64,000 nucleotides of DNA from Candidatus Thiopontia autotrophica. Lineage in GTDB: Bacteria; Pseudomonadota; Gammaproteobacteria; GCF-002020875. Positions 21,526 to 31,482 of the stretch are shown here, one piece after another. Below the pieces are notes generated by a model, which searched no databases, had not been told where the DNA came from, and was given only the letters and a program-made list of their open reading frames with translations. Positions within the stretch are counted from its first letter, which is position 1, and every line of letters begins with the position of its first letter. The stretch covers positions 3,954 to 67,953 of the forward strand of contig JACNFK010000020.1 of assembly GCA_014384675.1 (NCBI GenBank), in the 5' to 3' direction. The translations under genes were made by a program, and so were the position numbers.

Positions 21526-22959
21526 ATGGCCAGACTATTATTTGGATTGCTCTTGATCATTAGCAGCACGGCAGAGTCCGGCCGCCAGGGATACGAGGTG
21601 GTGACCATGAACAATGGCAACATCTTCCATGGCACTATTGCTCATGAGGCTTTCGCTATTGAGACCAGTTATGGTCTGGTCACAATTCCCTACTCTTTTG
21701 TTGCATCACTTACCCCTGGCCAGAAAGGTGGTACTGACCAGATTACAACTCATCCTGGAGAGCGTTTCAGCGGAACAATACAGGGTGATGAATTTACTAT
21801 TTTACGATTTGATCAACCTGCACTCCCTCTGGACCTGGCAGACATTTCAGAGATTATCTTCTCCAGGAAAACTGTACGTTCCCCACCACCGATACCTGTT
21901 GACTCAATCAGTACAGACAATGGAGACCGCTTCACTGCAACCATCTCAACCTCATCAATTCTGCTTGCAGGAGAGGATGGGCTCTCCATAATCCCCATCC
22001 AGCAGCTCCATATAATCGATCTTGAGGAGATAGAGGATCAGCTATCAGTTAACATTACCGACAATAATGGCAAGATACGACAAGGGGTAGTTAGAAACTC
22101 CTCAATACAGGCTGTGACCCGTTATGGAGACAGGGTTGATATCCCTTCATCACAGCTCTCACTGCTTGCAGTTAATGTCCATCACGGCAGAGCGCCATCT
22201 CTGTTTAATTATCGTCAACAACTTAACCCTGCAACCCAGTTTCATGATCTGCTATATCAGGATATTTCTGCTCCAGAGATGATCGCCTTGCGTGGAGGAG
22301 ACTTTACCAGAGGCTCAAGAAATAAGGATGGTGATAACGATGAGCTCCCTCTTCAACCAATGCGCCTTAGGCCATTTGCCATAGGTCAGTATGAGGTCAC
22401 TTTTGATGAGTATGATCTCTTCTGCGAGGTAACCGGTCATGATAAACCAGATGATAGCGGCTGGGGACGTGGTAACCGACCGGTTGTAAATGTGTCATGG
22501 AACGATGCAACTGCCTATACCGAGTGGCTTGCAACCAAAACACGCCAGCCATATCGCCTTCCATCTGATGCTGAGTGGGAGTATGCCGCGCGTGGTGGGA
22601 CAGAAACCGTGTTCTGGTGGGGTGATCAAGCGCCAACCACGGAGTCCAATTGTGATGGCTGTGGCAGCATATGGGATGGTGAGCGTACCGCACCTGTAGG
22701 GCGCTTCAGGCCAAACCTGTTTGGACTGCATGATACTGCCGGTAATGTATTCGAGATTGTTGCTGACTGTTGGTCTGACACCTATTCTGATGCCCCCATT
22801 GATGGCTCACCATATCTCAAGGGTGGCTGTGGAAAACGGGTTATCCGTGGTGGGGCATGGAGCTTTCCTCCACACGAGGTACGTTCCGCCAACCGCTGGC
22901 GCGACTTCCCAAGCAGAAAAAGTGATGATACCGGTTTTCGTGTTGCTCGCGATCTGTAG
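21526..22959 (+). CDS. FGE-sulfatase (formylglycine-generating enzyme / SUMF1 / PvdO / EgtB-C) domain protein with signal peptide and four N-terminal tandem repeats
   Basis: The C-terminal ~270 aa carry hallmark FGE-family motifs (RGGDFTRGS, NVSWNDATAYTEWL, RLPSDAEWEYAARGG, RVIRGGAWSFPP, GFRVARDL). The N-terminus has four ~45-aa repeats with G-[DE]-R-F-x-G-T-I ... IP-x-S consensus. Start at MARLLFGLLLIISSTAES, not the track start inside the IR element. Confidence 0.8.
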   Translation: MARLLFGLLLIISSTAESGRQGYEVVTMNNGNIFHGTIAHEAFAIETSYGLVTIPYSFVASLTPGQKGGTDQITTHPGERFSGTIQGDEFTILRFDQPALPLDLADISEIIFSRKTVRSPPPIPVDSISTDNGDRFTATISTSSILLAGEDGLSIIPIQQLHIIDLEEIEDQLSVNITDNNGKIRQGVVRNSSIQAVTRYGDRVDIPSSQLSLLAVNVHHGRAPSLFNYRQQLNPATQFHDLLYQDISAPEMIALRGGDFTRGSRNKDGDNDELPLQPMRLRPFAIGQYEVTFDEYDLFCEVTGHDKPDDSGWGRGNRPVVNVSWNDATAYTEWLATKTRQPYRLPSDAEWEYAARGGTETVFWWGDQAPTTESNCDGCGSIWDGERTAPVGRFRPNLFGLHDTAGNVFEIVADCWSDTYSDAPIDGSPYLKGGCGKRVIRGGAWSFPPHEVRSANRWRDFPSRKSDDTGFRVARDL

Positions 22960-23047
22960 CCAGGGAACCTCTAAAAAAGCTTAATGGATTCATACTACTC
23001 TACTCCCAACAACAGAAGTACAGGTGGGTGATGACGGCTGGATACCA

Positions 23048-23076
23048 CCTCTCCAGATATATCTTATCTGGAGAGG
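23048..23076. terminator. strong bidirectional hairpin between convergent genes
   Basis: 12-bp perfect stem CCTCTCCAGATA / TATCTGGAGAGG with a 5-nt loop. No clean U-tract on either side. Confidence 0.4.
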
Positions 23077-23093
23077 TTATGAAGAAACTATTC

Positions 23094-23420
23094 TTATTTT
23101 GACTGTGCCACCATGTAGTCAACCACAGCCTTCAGTGCATCATCACTCAGGCCTGTTCCACCACGCGGCATCATCAGTGGGTTTGTTGGAGAGCCATTGA
23201 TTGCGGTTGCATAGAGTGCATCCATACCTTTGGCAATACGTGGTGCCCAGGCAGTCTTGTCACCCACACCAGGAGCACCTACTGCGGCTGCAGTTGCAGG
23301 GCTGTGACAGGCAAAACATCCAGCGGCATAATCACCGGCAGCATCCGCAGATACATTTGTTGAGACTATTATTGCAGTGACTGCACTCAATGCCACCAGT
23401 AGACTATTTCTGCTCTTCAT
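23094..23420 (-). CDS. monohaem cytochrome c5-family protein, periplasmic
   Basis: Signal peptide, a single CFACHS, and a C-terminal GGTGLSDDALKAVVDYM typical of cytochrome c5/c555. Confidence 0.8.
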   Translation of the reverse strand: MKSRNSLLVALSAVTAIIVSTNVSADAAGDYAAGCFACHSPATAAAVGAPGVGDKTAWAPRIAKGMDALYATAINGSPTNPLMMPRGGTGLSDDALKAVVDYMVAQSK

Positions 23421-23653
23421 ATTTTCTTCCTTAAACGTGTTATGTTATTGAATGACTCGCTAGGTTACTCAATTATTCCAAACTAGTCCATATTTAATAG
23501 ATCACTTCATTGCGTGGCATACGGGATATAGGCGTACCCCCGTTGCTGCAAGGAGACCAGCTCAAGAATCCCAAAGATTGATCCGGAGCATACCATTTTA
23601 TTCCTGTAGCTCTGCAAAATTCAGCCCTGCGAATATGGTAAAGTCGTCATTCC

Positions 23654-24010
23654 ATGCGAGACCTGATTGAGACCCTTTTGCTTGTTGGTATCCCCCTCTC
23701 CGCCATTTTCTTCTGGTCGGACAGCATGCGTGCGCGTGAACGAGCCATTACGGTTTGTCGCCTGACCTGTAAAAATTATGGTGCACAACTCCTTGATCAG
23801 ACTGTATCACTCCGACGCATTCGCCTACGCAGAGACAGTAGTGGCCGTATCCGTTTTTACCGCACCTACAGCTTTGATTACAGCTATGATGGAACAGACC
23901 GCTTTCAGGGAACCATGACCATGCTTGGGCCATATTCTGATCTAATTCATATTGATCCACCTCAGGATCCAACTATTGTACCTCCACCGGAAAATATCGT
24001 AACTCTTTAA
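23654..24010 (+). CDS. DUF3301-like small membrane protein
   Basis: N-terminal TM helix, then RA..A...C....QLLD..V.L.R.R..RD..G pattern and a Y.F.YS..G.DR..G motif that I recall from DUF3301 proteins of Pseudomonas and other gammaproteobacteria. Confidence 0.55.
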   Translation: MRDLIETLLLVGIPLSAIFFWSDSMRARERAITVCRLTCKNYGAQLLDQTVSLRRIRLRRDSSGRIRFYRTYSFDYSYDGTDRFQGTMTMLGPYSDLIHIDPPQDPTIVPPPENIVTL

Positions 24011-24013
24011 TAT

Positions 24014-24118
24014 TATGGGAAAAATACTTGCATTATTGGCTCTGGCTCTTGTTATTGGCATCATGATTGCTCTACGTAGAAATCGAAAGTTGGAGAAAGA
24101 TTCCCAGAATAAGCATTG
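24014..24118 (+). CDS. putative 34-aa single-TM micropeptide (MGKILALLALALVIGIMIALRRNRKLEKDSQNKH)
   Basis: Below the ORF-track size cutoff. The ATG overlaps the DUF3301 stop (TAATATTATGG). One hydrophobic helix plus a basic tail. Resembles small DUF2897-type partners of DUF3301 genes. Confidence 0.35.
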
Positions 24119-24314
24119 AAGGGATTTGTTGAATATGGTACAATGCGCGCAGTATTAATTTAACAACAGTCACCACATTCTATTCACAAAAAAGAGAATA
24201 GATTCCGCCACTTATACCAAAAATAGCGGTCTTGAACCCCAATAATCACGGGGTCATAATTTAGATGGCTTGCATAGTTATCCTGGTGACAAATGGATAA
24301 AAAAGGAAACAATT

Positions 24315-24608
24315 ATGTTTTCACAGAACATAAGCTGCGAAGATGCGCAGCGGATGATAAAAGATGAGGATGGGCAACTGGTAGATGTTCGCAGTCCGAT
24401 GGAGTACGCACAAGGATGCCTTCCTGATGCGGTAAATGTCCCACTGCAATCAATTCAGGTGGCCGAGGAGATGCTCGATAAAGAGCGTCCAATAGTCCTC
24501 TATTGCGTTACCGGAGCCCGCACCCGTATGGCAAAAACATACCTGGAATCTATGGGCTTCGATAATGTTCATGATCTTGGTTCATTCAGGAACTATATGA
24601 GCTGCTAA
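24315..24608 (+). CDS. single-domain rhodanese-like sulfurtransferase
   Basis: ~98 aa with an active-site Cys loop, IVLYCVTGARTRMA. AGGAA RBS. Confidence 0.8.
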   Translation: MFSQNISCEDAQRMIKDEDGQLVDVRSPMEYAQGCLPDAVNVPLQSIQVAEEMLDKERPIVLYCVTGARTRMAKTYLESMGFDNVHDLGSFRNYMSC

Positions 24609-24644
24609 TTGCACTCTACCGGTGAATATGTCATTCTGAAAGGG

Positions 24645-27458
24645 ATGAAGAAACTTACCCAACCCAGAGACCAGATTCTCCGTAGCAGAGTAAAACTGCT
24701 CGGCACACTCCTTGGCAATGTGCTTAAAAACCAGGCTGGTGAGGATATTTTTGATGCTGTAGAGACGCTGAGAAAGGGTTTTATAGCTCTCAGAAAAAAG
24801 GAGAATAGCCGAAAACGTGCCCGACTGATGCAGCTGATAGAACAGCTGGACCCAGATCAGCTCACCCATGTTATCAGGGCATTCAGCATCTACTTCAGCC
24901 TGATAAACCAGACTGAAGAGGAGTTTCAGCACCTGCAACGTCGCAAACAACTACTTACCGACAAGCAGTTGTGGAGAGGATCATTTGATGCAACCCTCCA
25001 CAGTTTTGTGGATGATGGAATTGACAAAGAAGATCTGCAATCCCTGTTAAACAGTCTGGCCTACATGCCGGTCATGACAGCCCATCCCACCGAGGCGCGT
25101 CGCAGAACAATCATGGAGGGTCTGCGCCGGGTTTTTGAGTATGAAGAGAAGCTGGATGACCCTCGTCTGAGCCGCTCTGAAAAAGATGAGATTATTCGTG
25201 ACCTGGAGGGACAGATACAGATACTCTGGAATACAGACGAGATTCGTACACGCAAACCAACTGTAGAGGATGAGATCAACCAGGGGCTCTACTATTACCA
25301 GAAATCTCTATTCAAGTCCGTCCCCAGACTCTATCGTAATCTGGAACGACACATCCGCAAGATATATCTTGATGGCGCTCCTACCATGGAGGGAGTTGAG
25401 GTGCCATCATTTCTCCGCTTTGGCTCATGGATTGGTGGAGATCGTGATGGCAACCCATATGTTACGCCTCAAACCACTGAAACCGCTGTACGTATCTATG
25501 CAAAAACCATTCTTGAGGAGTATATAGGTCGTGTTGACTCACTCATCCATGTGCTCACACACTCCAGTAAGCTATCAGATCTGCCACAGCCATTTATTGA
25601 CCAGGTTTCCCGGGATGAAAAATTCTGCCAATCAATCGATTGTGGCCAGATAGAGCGCTTTGATAATGAACCATATCGGCGTCGCCTCTTTGTTATTCAA
25701 CACCGTCTCTCACTAAATCTGGAGATCCTGAATCGCCGCATCTTCGGCAATAACGTGGACAATCGTATTCCTGGCTATGACTCCATTGATGAGTTCCGCC
25801 AAGATCTAGGGTTGATATACGATGCCCTGGTACATCAGGGAGATCTACGTACTGCCAGAGGAGACCTGCAGGATCTAATCAGGCTTGTCGAGACCTTTGG
25901 CTTCCACCTTCTCCATCTTGATATACGCCAGGAATCGACACGCCATACCGATGCTATTGCAGATATGCTAACCAGCAATGAAACCGGCATCGACTATAAC
26001 AGCCTTGATGAATCTGAACGAATTGAGCTGCTTGCCAAGGCAATAGAGCAGGATCGGCCCTTCACTCTACAGAAAAATCTACTGCAGACAGAAACCCTGG
26101 AGACTCTAGAGATATTCGATGTTATCTATCGTATGCGTGAGGAACTTGGTGATGAATCATTTGGCCACTATGTGATCTCCATGACTCATGAGGCAAGCCA
26201 TCTGCTAGAGGTGCTATTGCTTGCCCGCCAGGCAGGGTTGGTTGGGCGTGATATTGGTGGACGCTTCTGCCATCTCCAGGTGACCCCACTATTTGAAACC
26301 ATTGATGACCTTGACAGACTGAAACCGGTACTGAGCAGACTATTCAAAAACCAGACATACAGAGAGTTGCTCACTCTATCAGGCAATCTCCAGGAGGTGA
26401 TGCTGGGCTACTCTGATTCATCGAAGGATGGGGGTATCGCATCCTCATCATGGCATCTGTACAAGGCTCAACAACAGGTTGTAAAACTGACGAAGCAGTA
26501 CAAGATAGAGTGTCGCCTGTTCCACGGTCGTGGCGGTACCATTGGGCGTGGTGGCGGCCCTACCCATGATGCAATTCTTTCACAACCAGCCGGAACTGTT
26601 CATGGCCAAATCAAGTTTACCGAACAAGGAGAGGTGCTCTATTACAAGTATGCCAATGAGGAGACTGCACTCTACGAACTGACCATGGGCGTTACTGGAC
26701 TTATGAAAGCAACCACATGCATCATACGCAAAAGTGAATCCGAACACCCAGAGCATCGCAAGGTAATGGAGAGGCTAAGCAAGCTTGGGGAAAAGAGTTA
26801 TCGCAATCTGATAGATGATACGCCCGGACTACTGGACTACTTCTATGAAGCAACACCAGTCATGGAGATCGGACTCCTTAACCTGGGATCTCGTCCATCA
26901 CATCGTTCCAAGGGTAATCGTTCCAAGAGCTCCATTCGTGCCATCCCCTGGGTATTTGGCTGGGCCCAATCCAGACACACTCTCCCAGCATGGTATGGCA
27001 TAGGCAGCGCCCTGGAAAAGTGGCGCGATAACAAGCCTGAAAGGTTAAAACAGCTTAGGCAGATGGCCAGACAATGGCCCTACTTCAGCGCCCTCTTGGG
27101 TAATACACAGATGGCCCTGTTCAAGGGAGATATGGACATAGCGGAAGAGTATTCCATGCTGGCAGAGGACAAAGAGAGCGCACAAAAGATCTTCAGCATG
27201 ATCAGAGACGAACATGCCAAAACATGTCAGCAGCTCCTGGAGATTACCGAACAGGAGAGCATGCTTGAGGATATACCATCTCTCGCACTCTCTCTTATGC
27301 GCCGCAACCCCTATCTGGACCCACTTAACCACATCCAGATTATTCTGCACCAGAGATTTATCTCATCTCCAGATATAGAGAGAGAGGATGATCAATGGAT
27401 GCAGCCGCTGTTAAGAACCATTAATGCCATATCCAATGGGATGAGGAATACTGGCTAG
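24645..27458 (+). CDS. ppc: phosphoenolpyruvate carboxylase
   Basis: VMTAHPTE, GYSDSSKDGG, FHGRGGTIGRGGGPTH, and the C-terminal NTG end. Collinear with E. coli Ppc. Confidence 0.95.
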   Translation: MKKLTQPRDQILRSRVKLLGTLLGNVLKNQAGEDIFDAVETLRKGFIALRKKENSRKRARLMQLIEQLDPDQLTHVIRAFSIYFSLINQTEEEFQHLQRRKQLLTDKQLWRGSFDATLHSFVDDGIDKEDLQSLLNSLAYMPVMTAHPTEARRRTIMEGLRRVFEYEEKLDDPRLSRSEKDEIIRDLEGQIQILWNTDEIRTRKPTVEDEINQGLYYYQKSLFKSVPRLYRNLERHIRKIYLDGAPTMEGVEVPSFLRFGSWIGGDRDGNPYVTPQTTETAVRIYAKTILEEYIGRVDSLIHVLTHSSKLSDLPQPFIDQVSRDEKFCQSIDCGQIERFDNEPYRRRLFVIQHRLSLNLEILNRRIFGNNVDNRIPGYDSIDEFRQDLGLIYDALVHQGDLRTARGDLQDLIRLVETFGFHLLHLDIRQESTRHTDAIADMLTSNETGIDYNSLDESERIELLAKAIEQDRPFTLQKNLLQTETLETLEIFDVIYRMREELGDESFGHYVISMTHEASHLLEVLLLARQAGLVGRDIGGRFCHLQVTPLFETIDDLDRLKPVLSRLFKNQTYRELLTLSGNLQEVMLGYSDSSKDGGIASSSWHLYKAQQQVVKLTKQYKIECRLFHGRGGTIGRGGGPTHDAILSQPAGTVHGQIKFTEQGEVLYYKYANEETALYELTMGVTGLMKATTCIIRKSESEHPEHRKVMERLSKLGEKSYRNLIDDTPGLLDYFYEATPVMEIGLLNLGSRPSHRSKGNRSKSSIRAIPWVFGWAQSRHTLPAWYGIGSALEKWRDNKPERLKQLRQMARQWPYFSALLGNTQMALFKGDMDIAEEYSMLAEDKESAQKIFSMIRDEHAKTCQQLLEITEQESMLEDIPSLALSLMRRNPYLDPLNHIQIILHQRFISSPDIEREDDQWMQPLLRTINAISNGMRNTG

Positions 27459-27469
27459 AGAATATAGTA

Positions 27470-27850
27470 CTAGGCGGCCTGTACAGGAATGGTATGGGCG
27501 GTTCTCTCAATACGGTTATCACCGCTGAGGTAGATCAGTCTGGGCTTGAAATTTTTTGCCTCTGCCTGATCCAGTGCCGTGTAAGCACAGATAATCACAC
27601 GATCTCCAGGGTTTGCCTTGTGTGCTGCCGCACCATTAACCGAGATCACACCAGAACGATGCTCTGCACGAATAGCATAGGTTACAAAACGTTCGCCATT
27701 ATCGATATTGTAGATATGTATCTGCTCGTACTCCATTATTCCGGAGGCATCAAGCAGGCTTCCATCAATCGCACATGAGCCCTCATACTCCAATTCAGAG
27801 TGGGTAACCGTTGCACGATGCAGTTTTGTCTTGAGCATATTGATTTGCAT
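27470..27850 (-). CDS. panD: aspartate 1-decarboxylase
   Basis: [38 protein letters not shown] parallels E. coli Pan[39 protein letters not shown]. The self-processing Gly-Ser site is conserved. Confidence 0.93.
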   Translation of the reverse strand: MQINMLKTKLHRATVTHSELEYEGSCAIDGSLLDASGIMEYEQIHIYNIDNGERFVTYAIRAEHRSGVISVNGAAAHKANPGDRVIICAYTALDQAEAKNFKPRLIYLSGDNRIERTAHTIPVQAA

Positions 27851-27857
27851 CGGCATA

Positions 27858-28709
27858 TTATCTCAGATTAAGGGGTAAATTATCAATTAATCGGGTTGCC
27901 CCCATCTTTGCTGCAGCCAAAACAGTCAGGTTTTTGCTGCCATTTTTGACGCTGTGCAACCCTGAATCCAGAATTGAGAAGTAGTCAACCAGGAACCCGG
28001 CCTGCCGAAGTTTTTCTATCGCCTCCAGCTCAATCACGGGGTAATCCTCTCTACCTGCCTCAAGCTGATCTCCAGCCCACTGTAGTGTACGGTATATTTC
28101 GGGGGCCCTCTCTCTCTCCTCCGCATCAAGATAACCATTCCTGGAGCTCATGGCCAAACCATCATCTTCACGAAAAGTTGGAACCCCGATAACCTCAACA
28201 GGAAGGTTAAGATCTGCAACCAGTTGGCGAATAACCAGTAACTGCTGGTAATCCTTCTGCCCAAAAAGCGCTACATCAGGCTGCACAATGTTTAATAACT
28301 TGGTAACTACTGTAGCTACCCCGGCAAAATGTCCTGGACGAGAGCGGCCGCAGAGCTGTTCGGATATCCCTGCAACCTCAACAGTTGTAGCTGGTGAACG
28401 GTCTCCAGCTGGATACATCTCTCCATCTGATGGAACAAAGAGAATTGAGGTATCAATATTCTCAAGCTTCTCTCGGTCTTGCTGCATGGTCCGGGGATAA
28501 TTATCAAAATCCTCACCCTCTCCAAACTGGGCAGGATTAACATAGATAGAGACAACCACCACAGCTGCATTTCTCTTTGCCTCTTTCACCAACTCCAGGT
28601 GTCCTTCATGCAGGTTACCCATGGTTGGTACAAAGGCGATTGACTCGCCCATGCAGCGCAATCCGGCAAGATGCTCTCTTAATGACTCAATTTGACTAAA
28701 CTCTTCCAC
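27858..28709 (-). CDS. panC: pantoate--beta-alanine ligase
   Basis: [18 protein letters not shown]-type motif and conserved FGQKDYQQ. Confidence 0.93.
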   Translation of the reverse strand: MEEFSQIESLREHLAGLRCMGESIAFVPTMGNLHEGHLELVKEAKRNAAVVVVSIYVNPAQFGEGEDFDNYPRTMQQDREKLENIDTSILFVPSDGEMYPAGDRSPATTVEVAGISEQLCGRSRPGHFAGVATVVTKLLNIVQPDVALFGQKDYQQLLVIRQLVADLNLPVEVIGVPTFREDDGLAMSSRNGYLDAEERERAPEIYRTLQWAGDQLEAGREDYPVIELEAIEKLRQAGFLVDYFSILDSGLHSVKNGSKNLTVLAAAKMGATRLIDNLPLNLR

Positions 28710-28721
28710 CCCACAACCGCC

Positions 28722-29549
28722 CTACTGAAATGTATGCTCAACAGCCGGGAACTTGCCCCCTCTAACCTCTGCAACATAATTGGAAAGTGCCTCCGAAACA
28801 GCACCGCCATCTTCCATGAAGTTTTTCACAAACTGTGGAACTCTGCCCATAGTAATTCCCAGCATGTCGTACAGCACCAACACCTGGCCATCACACTCAA
28901 CCCCTGCCCCAATCCCAATAACCGGAATCTCAAGCGCCGCCGTAATCTCCTGAGCCAGAACCACCGGGACACACTCCAGCACCAGCATTGAGGCTCCTGC
29001 CTGCTCTAGCGCGTGAGCATCGGCAATCATCTGCTGGGCAACATCACTCTCTCTGCCCTGAACACGATATCCGCCCAAACGGTGAACAGACTGTGGCTGC
29101 AATCCCAGATGAGCACAAACAGGAATATTTCTACTCACCAAAAGTGACACCGTTTCAACCTGATCTTCTCCACCCTCCAGTTTTACCATCTGTGCCCCTG
29201 TCTCTTTCATAAGGCGACCACCATTCTCCAGAGCCAGCTCTGGCGTGGCGTAACTCATAAAGGGCATATCAACCAGCAGTAACGCTCTCTTCAGGCCATG
29301 ACCAACCATCCTGGCGTGATAAATCATCTCGTCAACAGTCACTGGAATTGTGGTCTCTCTGCCCTGAATTACCATCCCCAGAGAGTCCCCTACCAAAACC
29401 AGGTCAACTCCCGCCTTATCAATCTGTTGAGCAAAACTATAGTCATATGCCGTAAGTGAGGTGATTTTTTCTTTATTAGCCTTCATCTCCATTAATGTAG
29501 AGACTGTTACACGACCATGCCCACTGTTTGTGGTTGAACTACTCATCAA
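28722..29549 (-). CDS. panB: 3-methyl-2-oxobutanoate hydroxymethyltransferase
   Basis: TAYDYSFAQ, LVGDSLGMV and other conserved KPHMT segments collinear with E. coli PanB. The exact start is uncertain (several N-terminal Met). Confidence 0.9.
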   Translation of the reverse strand: MMSSSTTNSGHGRVTVSTLMEMKANKEKITSLTAYDYSFAQQIDKAGVDLVLVGDSLGMVIQGRETTIPVTVDEMIYHARMVGHGLKRALLLVDMPFMSYATPELALENGGRLMKETGAQMVKLEGGEDQVETVSLLVSRNIPVCAHLGLQPQSVHRLGGYRVQGRESDVAQQMIADAHALEQAGASMLVLECVPVVLAQEITAALEIPVIGIGAGVECDGQVLVLYDMLGITMGRVPQFVKNFMEDGGAVSEALSNYVAEVRGGKFPAVEHTFQ

Positions 29550-30040
29550 TCTATCCCTCTTATTTCTATTTTTGTCATCTCACCACAATCACACTGTTGC
29601 AACAACTCTCCAACCATCCCCTCCCCGGGAACATTCAGCTCAGCACCTGCAATCTCAGCCAGAGGAACCAGTACAAATGGCCTCTCTGCAACTCCTGGAT
29701 GAGGAATCTGCAATCTCTCGTCATCCACAACATCTTGTCCATAGAGCAAAATATCAAGATCAATTGTACGCTCCCCCCAACGCCTTTCTCTGTTACGCCC
29801 TTGTTGATGCTCTATCTTTTGTAGCTGATCCAGAAGTTGTGATGGTCCCAGTGTTGTATCTATCTCTGCAACTGCATTCAGGTAGTCCGGCTGATCCTGT
29901 GGTCCCATCGGTGGATTTATATAAAGTGAAGAGATGGCAACAAGAGTGGTTTGATCCATATTCTCCAACGCAAGCAGCGCACTATCTATCTGCTTGTCTG
30001 GACTATCCAGGTTACTTCCCAGCCCAACATATGCCTTCAT
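29546..30040 (-). CDS. folK: 2-amino-4-hydroxy-6-hydroxymethyldihydropteridine pyrophosphokinase
   Basis: MKAYVGLGSNL... RERRWGERTIDLDILLYG ... RPFVLVPLAEI are HPPK hallmarks. Position between pcnB and panB matches E. coli. Confidence 0.9.
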   Translation of the reverse strand: MKAYVGLGSNLDSPDKQIDSALLALENMDQTTLVAISSLYINPPMGPQDQPDYLNAVAEIDTTLGPSQLLDQLQKIEHQQGRNRERRWGERTIDLDILLYGQDVVDDERLQIPHPGVAERPFVLVPLAEIAGAELNVPGEGMVGELLQQCDCGEMTKIEIRGID

Positions 30041-31380
30041 CAGTTGCTGGTCTGAGCCGGCTTCTTGCTGCGTCTACGCCGCTTTTTTCTGGGCTTACCG
30101 CTACCCGGAGCCTCGTTGATCATGCTCTCTCGCTCCTTCGTACCAACTTTCTGGAAGTCAGTCCACCAGTTGGCCAGTTCGCTATCAACCTCACCAACCT
30201 CGGATCTGAGCAACAGAAAATCATAAGCAGCACGAAAGCGGGGGTGATCCATAAAACGGTATGGCTGCCTGCCTTTACGACGCTGAAAACGGGTCTGCAG
30301 TTCCCATATCTCCTGGGCCATTATGGCGAACCTTTTTGGCATTGATAGAGTTTTTCTTTGTTCCCTCAATGCATTACGCCCTGCATGGTGCAGGCGTACA
30401 TTTTCTGGCAATCTGGCACCACTTTCTGGGTGTCTCTCATCAGATCTGTCTGCAATCTGTCGCACCTCCTCCCAGAGAAGTGCTGCAATCAGAAATGCCG
30501 GGGTAATTGGTTTGTTCTCTGCAACACGACGATCCGTATTCTCCAGTGCCTTGATCAGAAAGGCATGAGGAAACCCCTCTTGCTGATCCAATACCCTGTC
30601 AGTAAGCGGAAAGAGGTAGCGAAACAGATCATAGTGACGCAGTCGTTCAAAGGTCTCCAGCGCCTGCCCTGACTGGAACATCTTGAGAAACTCCTCATAT
30701 AGTCGCGCCTGGGGGATCTGCTCCAACAGATTTCCCAGCTTGAAAATTGGTTGCTCAGTCTTTTTCTCAATCTGAAAACCAAGCTTTACTGCAAAACGGA
30801 CTGCCCGCAACATTCTTACAGGATCTTCATGATAGCGTTGCGCTGGATCACCAATCATCCTGATCTGTCCACGTTCCAGATCTCTTACTCCACCGGTATA
30901 ATCCACCACCGAAAAATCGGCAATATTGTAATAGAGCGCATTGATTGTGAAGTCTCTACGCCAGGCATCCTCTTCCAGAGTTCCGTAGAGGTTATCTCGC
31001 AGAATCATGCCCTGTTCACTCTGTTTCGCGTTACTCACTGAACCATCCTGTCCCGAACGGAAGGTGGCAACCTCGATTATCTCCCTCCCAAAATGGACAT
31101 GAGCCAGACGAAAACGGCGACCAATCAGACGACAGTTACGAAATAGTGCCTTGATCTCCTCTGGAGTTGCATCTGTTGCTACATCGAAATCCTTGGGCTC
31201 ACGCTCCAGCATCAAATCTCTAACTCCACCCCCAACCAGATAAGCTCCATATCCACCTTTGTGTATTCTATTTAGAACCTTGACCGCATTACGGCTCATC
31301 TGCCCACGTGAGACCGGATGCTCCGAACGAGAAAATATAGTCGCATCGACAGATGGTCGCCCTTTTTCAGAAGAGAACAT
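30040..31380 (-). CDS. pcnB: poly(A) polymerase I
   Basis: Nucleotidyltransferase core AYLVGGGVRDLMLEREPKDFDVAT ... NCRLIGRRFRLAHVHFG, collinear with E. coli PcnB. The start is uncertain; 31380, 31416 and 31476 are all possible, and E. coli uses a non-canonical start. Confidence 0.88.
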   Translation of the reverse strand: MFSSEKGRPSVDATIFSRSEHPVSRGQMSRNAVKVLNRIHKGGYGAYLVGGGVRDLMLEREPKDFDVATDATPEEIKALFRNCRLIGRRFRLAHVHFGREIIEVATFRSGQDGSVSNAKQSEQGMILRDNLYGTLEEDAWRRDFTINALYYNIADFSVVDYTGGVRDLERGQIRMIGDPAQRYHEDPVRMLRAVRFAVKLGFQIEKKTEQPIFKLGNLLEQIPQARLYEEFLKMFQSGQALETFERLRHYDLFRYLFPLTDRVLDQQEGFPHAFLIKALENTDRRVAENKPITPAFLIAALLWEEVRQIADRSDERHPESGARLPENVRLHHAGRNALREQRKTLSMPKRFAIMAQEIWELQTRFQRRKGRQPYRFMDHPRFRAAYDFLLLRSEVGEVDSELANWWTDFQKVGTKERESMINEAPGSGKPRKKRRRRSKKPAQTSN

Positions 31381-31482
31381 GCGTTTTATCCATCCTGAGC
31401 CTTTTATTAATTTCATATTGCGTATTGTACTTGTTTTATCTCTCTGGCAGAATACGCCACCGGTCACATAGACCAAAAAAAT

